From: Eledone cirrhosa
Taxonomy: Eukaryota
NCBI GenBank assembly: GCA_964016885.1
Contig: OZ024742.1
Location: forward strand, 89,032,001 to 89,096,000
Length of the DNA: 64,000 nucleotides
Reading direction: 5' to 3'
Below the pieces are notes generated by a model. That model saw only the letters and a program-made list of their open reading frames with translations, had not been told where the DNA came from and ran no database searches. Position numbers and translations under genes: made by a program. Of this stretch, positions 57,533 to 64,000 are shown in pieces; positions within the stretch are counted from its first letter, which is position 1; every line of letters starts with the position of its first letter.

Positions 57533-58043
57533 ACACACACACACAGACACACACACACACACATATATATATGTGCGTTAGAAATAGTCGGGACCCGACG
57601 GCAGAGCTGTTGCCGTTTCGACAGCTAGTTCCAGCTCCACTGGTTTTCAGCCAGTGTTTAATGGCACAAAGTTTAATACCCACCACTTCCGTCGCAGTGT
57701 AATTCTTGGTTGTGATTATTAACGAATGGCTTTCCTTTCACCACCTAGCGACCCACACCATCTACCACGCCTACCAGCCTACAATGCTTAGCATTGATGA
57801 TTATGTAGCGTTTGTGGATGCTGTTACAATAAAACTGAATTGGCAGACCATCCCCGAAGCAAATCGGTCCTCTATTTTCTATTCTCTGTCTGTGCTCGCC
57901 GTAATCCTGTTACTTATGGATCAAATTATGAAATAAAGACCTGATGAAATTGGCTACGTCTTGCACGACGGTGTATAATGTCTCCCTGGAATTAAAATAC
58001 AAAAGAAAATTTCCAGTCCTCCGGCCTTCTGTTGTTTTTCGTG

Positions 58044-58085
<42 letters not shown>

Positions 58086-58221
58086 TTTTTAGTATATGTT
58101 GGTTGTATACCAACACCTAGGTATGCAGATTGGAGCACTCGACGGAGTGCGCAGGTTGGTTTGTAATGTAAAATGAAATGTAATAAATAAGTCAAATGTT
58201 TAAAATTTGGCTTCGTTTATT

Positions 58222-58276
58222 ACTGCTATATATATTTCGGTGACAGCCATTTTTGGCTGTGACCTCTTCAGGCAGT
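58222..58276 (-). ncRNA. type I hammerhead ribozyme, intact core
   Basis: actgc CTGAAGA ggt c acagcca aaaa tggctgt c acc GAAA tatata TA gcagt. Confidence 0.88.
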
Positions 58277-58714
58277 CCGAATTAGTGTCGTAGAGACGAG
58301 TACACATGTTGTTGAGGTGTATAACTTTGTCAATACTCTGATATGCCCAGTTCCTGGTTGGGTATGTATTTCTCTGAGGAACTGGAATCATGAATTTATA
58401 TCAAACGAACTTCAGCATCAAAGGGCCTCTTCTCCTCTCATTGGTCAATTGTTAGAACATTCCTCAGTCAAAAGTCTATAGAAATTCATTATGAGGCAAG
58501 CCAATCTGTAATTGTTGTTCTTGTTATTGTTAGGTACATCTGACCTCTATTATTATGTTGGTAGTGGTGTTGTTGTTGGAGTCAGCTCAAAAAAAGGGTG
58601 GTAAAATGGTAGAAGGAATAAGATGGTAAAGGAACAAAATAAAATAAAATAATCGAATAAAATGTGTGTGTGTGTTATACCCATTTCAATGTTATAAAGA
58701 TTATATATACATAT

Positions 58715-58822
<108 letters not shown>

Positions 58823-58989
58823 AAGAGATGTCAACATGAATGGACCTGTTATTTTTATCTAAAGACATCTATTCCAATTCCATACCCTCTCTTTGGTATA
58901 TCAAGCGTTAACCTAATATATCCCTTCCATATACTGTACCGATTGTGTTGTTTTGTTATTTCTGTTTACCTTTTACATACATATATATA

Positions 58990-59500
58990 TATATCAAGTA
59001 GAAATTGATTGACATATATATATATTTAAAATAACCACATGAAACAATCCCAGGGGAGAATTTGTAAAGTGTGTAATCACACATAGCTAGGTAGGTAACT
59101 AATTAAAGTTTAACTAGAGCTTCAAATATTACCTTTTAAAAATTGATTAAACTTCCTTGTATATATTTCATTAAAGAAATATATTTCATGATTAATCCGT
59201 AAAGTCACAGTAGTCACAGTAGTCACAAGATTCATCATTTTTTTAAAAGGTAATATTGAATCTCTAATTAAACTTTAATTAGTTACCTACCTAGCTATGT
59301 GTGATTACACACTTTACAAATTATCCCCTGTTTTAAATATATATATTGTTTCATGTGTTTATTTTAAATATACATATATGTCAATCAATTTCTAGTTGAT
59401 ATAAAATGGTCGGATCTATTCATTGAAATCTTTGAGCTTATTCTACGGTGGATACGGCGCAGGTCTCGGACATGATTCCCTTAATTTAATTTAATTAATT
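58990..59500. mobile_element. palindromic insertion in (TA)n with right tail
   Basis: 58990-59150 inverted to about 59232-59403; tail to about 59500; no intact hammerhead. Confidence 0.75.
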
Positions 59501-59501
59501 T

Positions 59502-59552
<51 letters not shown>

Positions 59553-59801
59553 CGTATTAGCAGGGAATCACACTTTATCTACTTCAGACGAAGCTGCAAC
59601 TGGCACACAACTTTAAAATTAAGACCTTGGACAAAATAAGGAAGATTTCTTAGAAACATCCACACTGCAGGTCAATTTAAGAATACCAGCATTACAGAAA
59701 GAAATACCAAGATAGATATTTTTAGAAACAATTTACTTCCTCAATCAACTTTAAGATCACTCAATCATTTACGCCAATCTCACGGACAGCTCCATTTACC
59801 A

Positions 59802-59990
59802 TGGTGAATTGGCAGTATCGGTAGAGGGTCAGACGCCATGCTTTCCAGCATAGTTACGTCCCTTTACGGTCTGAGTTCAAATTGCGTCGAGATTAACAAT
59901 ACCTTTCATCCTTACGGGGTCGATAAAATAAAGTACCAGTAATGCACTGGGTAATTGCTGTCCTTGTGCCAAAAGTAGAAACAATTATTA
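59802..59990 (+). mobile_element. SINE family A
   Basis: full-length copy. Confidence 0.85.
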
Positions 59991-60665
59991 ACAGTGATAC
60001 TATGATTACTACACCTCCCTGTCGTCGTCTTCTGCTACACCCACCCCTTCTCCATCTTCCCCTTCCTTACGATATCCCTGGTATTACTACCACACCCATC
60101 CCCTGTCCCTCCCTCTTCTTCGTCGTCTTCTTCTCCTTCGTCATCCTCATCTCCTCCTCCCCCACTCCTTCTCCTTCTTCTTCTCCTTCCCCATACCCCC
60201 CCCCCCCACTATAACCACTACAGTCGGAGGCAACAGCTTAACTGCTACCACCACTATTGGTAAGGCTAAGGTTAACATTAAGAGAGAAAGAAAGAAACCT
60301 ACAGACAAAAATGTGATCTTTTCTCCCTAAATATGTATGTAAAAACAAATGTTTTCCCCATATTCTTATTATTCTTATTGATGCAATGTAATTGCATTAT
60401 ACACTTCCGTCGTTGAAAAAGCATAGAAGCTGAAACCGGTACAATTAAATGCGGAAATCTCTATTTTGTAAATAAGTGTTTTGATGTTATTCTAACATTT
60501 CCTACAGTTTTTTTTTCTTTTTTACTCTCTATATATAGGAAAAGAGTCAGGGCCCCGACGGCTGAGCTCCGACCGTTTCCACAGCTAGATACGAATATAT
60601 ATATATATATATATATTCGTATCTAGCTGTGGAAAAAAAGATATATATATATATATATATATATA

Positions 60666-60712
<47 letters not shown>

Positions 60713-60832
60713 TGATGTGAAAAGCGGGACAGTTTTGTGTGAATGTAAGAATATGTAATTGCAAGATTGATGGCTCATATATTTTACAGAGAGAAGACCT
60801 TTGAGAAACCCAAAGAATGAAGTTATACTTAC

Positions 60833-60966
60833 TCTAAACTTGTTTCATTAATAAGACGTGTTATGTTCTCCACTTGCGCCATGTTAACAATCTTAATGAG
60901 ACTATCATTGCTTAATTTCACATCAGCTATACTTAAAATATTATTGATGTATCTTTCCATGTCGAA
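60833..60966 (-). CDS. M13 (neprilysin/ECE-like) metallopeptidase, internal exon (most 5' exon found in window)
   Basis: ttttgcag|TTCGAC...TTTAGA|gtaagt; 134 nt, phase 0 to 2; FDMERYINNILSIADVKLSNDSLIKIVNMAQVENITRLINETSL resembles the M13 N-domain; in phase with downstream exons. Confidence 0.85.
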
Positions 60967-61002
60967 CTGCAAAATAGAAGGTAGCTTGCATTCATGTATC
61001 CT

Positions 61003-61118
<116 letters not shown>

Positions 61119-61238
61119 TGAAGGCATGTAGCTGAGTGGTTAGAGAATTGGATTCGCAATCGTAAGGTTGTGAGTTCGATTCGTGGACCAGGCGATGCGT
61201 TATGTCCTTGAGCAAGACACTTTATTTCACGTTGCTCC
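61119..61238 (+). mobile_element. tRNA-derived SINE family B, 5' part
   Basis: A box tagctgagtgg, B box gagttcgattc, then tgtccttgagcaagacacttt. Confidence 0.8.
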
Positions 61239-61335
61239 TTCTACCTGGAGTTGCGACCGATAGATAGTATTAGCAATTGGAAAGACCAACGGAAACATTG
61301 TTTCCGCGGTCCGATTTGACGAAAGTCGATCGTTC

Positions 61336-61979
<644 letters not shown>

Positions 61980-62077
61980 CTTCTACAGGACTATATTATA
62001 TATATATATATATATATGAATGTATATATATATAAATACGTATATATATAAATACATATATATATATAAAACTGATC

Positions 62078-62185
62078 TATATTTTATCTGATGAAAGCAC
62101 ACCATAATTTAACTTGGTGTCCTTAAAATATGTATAATGAAATAAATATGGTTTTATAAATATAGTTTCCATTTGTTAACATATC

Positions 62186-62186
<1 letters not shown>
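62078..62186 (+). mobile_element. solo diverged copy of the 42535-42839 arm
   Basis: attttat CTGATGA...ctt AAAA tatgta TA atgaaat followed by aaatatggttttataaatatagtttccattt. Confidence 0.7.
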
Positions 62187-62255
<69 letters not shown>

Positions 62256-62505
62256 ATATATAAAATATATATATATATATAAATATAAAATTCAGCGAGA
62301 ATCGTATTTAGGCTGGTAAAAAAAGCGAAACGAAACTCAAAATCGTAGAAATGCTGGCAAGCGCTCCAATAGTTAAGAAAACTAGAGCTAAACAATATGT
62401 TAAAACGCCATACAAACTGAAAAGTGGTCAAGAAGACATTAACCACCTAAGCCAAAAAAACAAATCAAGCTAAACAGGTCAAACATAATAAATGATACAA
62501 ATAAA

Positions 62506-62563
<58 letters not shown>

Positions 62564-62988
62564 ATGATATATATATATATATCATTGATATATATATCAA
62601 CGGTATATATTGAGTTAGAAACTCAAAATAGTCTCTTACAATAAAATAGCTCTAAGAAAGAGATTTTTCCGAGCCGTATATTATAATTGAATATAAAAGA
62701 AAAACGAACACAGACATATAAATATATATGTTCAAACCGTAAGGGACCATATTCGCTAAGCTAAAAGAATACTAACTATAGACAATAGGGTTTGCCAGAC
62801 TCAATTTAAGAATAAATCAAGAAAATAAATACAAACCGGAATTGTGGTAACTACCAATCACCCAGACAGATATGGTAATGCTGTTTCGCAAAATTAATTG
62901 TGAAGAGGAATACCAATTCTTGCTCATCTGTGGGTGAAGAATTAGTATCCTGGACACTTCTAAGTATATTAAAAAACGTTCCATTTTT

Positions 62989-63050
<62 letters not shown>

Positions 63051-63079
63051 TCTCCTTCGCCACTTATTCCTGAGATGGT

Positions 63080-63490
63080 CGTGAGGGCAGATTACTCAAA
63101 CACTCCCCCCAGCATGCACTGTCAGAAGCAACTATCTCCAACTGATCCGGCTGAATTCTCAATCAAAACCATTGAAGCTCAAGGATATTATTTAACCATC
63201 TTGCTCTTGGTCTACCCCGGGGTTTCCTGCCGGATGGAATTGCCCGTAAAATCTGTCCACCGATTCTTTTCTGAGACGTTCTAACCACATGTCCACAATA
63301 TCGGATCTGTGATCTCTCAATTAGGATATGTAGTGGCTCTACTTGGAGCGGCTCTCTGATCTCTGAGCTAGGGTCTCTATCGAGTAACGTTACTCCAAAG
63401 CCTCATTGGTAGGACTGCATTTTGGCCGCTTTTATTTGCGATTGTTTTCATTCGGTTTTTACCCTAAATACATGACCATAGCTAAGGTTT
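63080..63490 (-). mobile_element. RTE-type LINE C-terminal fragment
   Basis: GHVVRTSQKRIGGQILRAIPSGRKPRGRPRARW. Confidence 0.7.
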
Positions 63491-63539
63491 GTCACGAATA
63501 CTGAATTGAAATAATGAATTTAGCTTTTTCACCTACCTC

Positions 63540-63712
63540 TCTACACCACCGATGTTGTCCAAGGGAAATCAAAGGTCGATACATCTTGGTATCAGTGGCG
63601 TCGCAACTCATTTCTGCAGCCGAATGAACTGGAGCGACGTAACGCAAATTCCTGTTCTCGAATCTAACGCACAATCTCACGATTACAAGCCCGACGTTCA
63701 AACCGTGAGGCG
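63540..63712 (-). mobile_element. degenerate SINE family B
   Basis: reverse strand resembles 61119-61238 (aatcgtgagattgtg...cgtcgctccagttcattc). Confidence 0.5.
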
Positions 63713-64000
63713 AAAGATGTAATTAATGCTAATTCTAGTTATATAAGTATGTATTGGTTTTCTTTATTTTGTCCTGACTTAGTGGCAGATCGATTGTTTT
63801 TTATTAAGCCTCTGCCCTTCTCTTTTTAGGGCTGTTCCATAGCATGTTATTTAATGAAAAACAAATATCAGTCAATGTATTGTCATTGCCTCTCCACACT
63901 AATGTAATCTACGATCAGCGAATGAAGGAGTATGTATGCAGACCCATAACTCGCAAAAATATAAGCTTAATCTCCTTGAAACAACGTTATAGCATTTTTA

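Noticed and set aside
57913-57985. possible M13 exon ETLYTVVQDVANFIRSLF
   Set aside because: Ends in phase 2, incompatible with the phase-0 exon at 46363; 57045-57126 fits. Cannot be fully excluded as an extra exon.
61119-61195. tRNA-like sequence
   Set aside because: No acceptor stem, and it runs into a SINE body; a SINE head rather than a tRNA gene.

Overview
This is AT-rich, microsatellite-dense animal DNA. The SINE families and repeat load suggest a cephalopod (octopod), which is an inference. The window lies inside one minus-strand neprilysin-like (M13) zinc metallopeptidase gene that the ORF track does not recover. I found 11 GT-AG exons between 60966 and 8393. They total 1005 nt and splice in phase to 335 codons carrying VNAMY, HEIMH and GEAIAD; the gene's 5' and 3' ends appear to lie outside the window. 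The introns hold Penelope-like elements (PLEs), RTE and CRE-like LINE remnants, a Chapaev3-like transposon, two non-autonomous Helitrons and about 12 tRNA-derived SINEs. The most unusual signal is a series of palindromic (fold-back) insertions in (TA)n tracts, from about 50 bp to 4.4 kb. The larger ones carry type I hammerhead ribozyme motifs in both arms, one arm has an extra tail, and the two largest intact ones enclose only a GIY-YIG endonuclease ORF with no RT. About 20 intact or degenerate hammerhead motifs are visible, including a class with an atypical U-U at the base of stem II and a CAGAAGA core variant. All structures and family assignments were made by eye; no searches were run.
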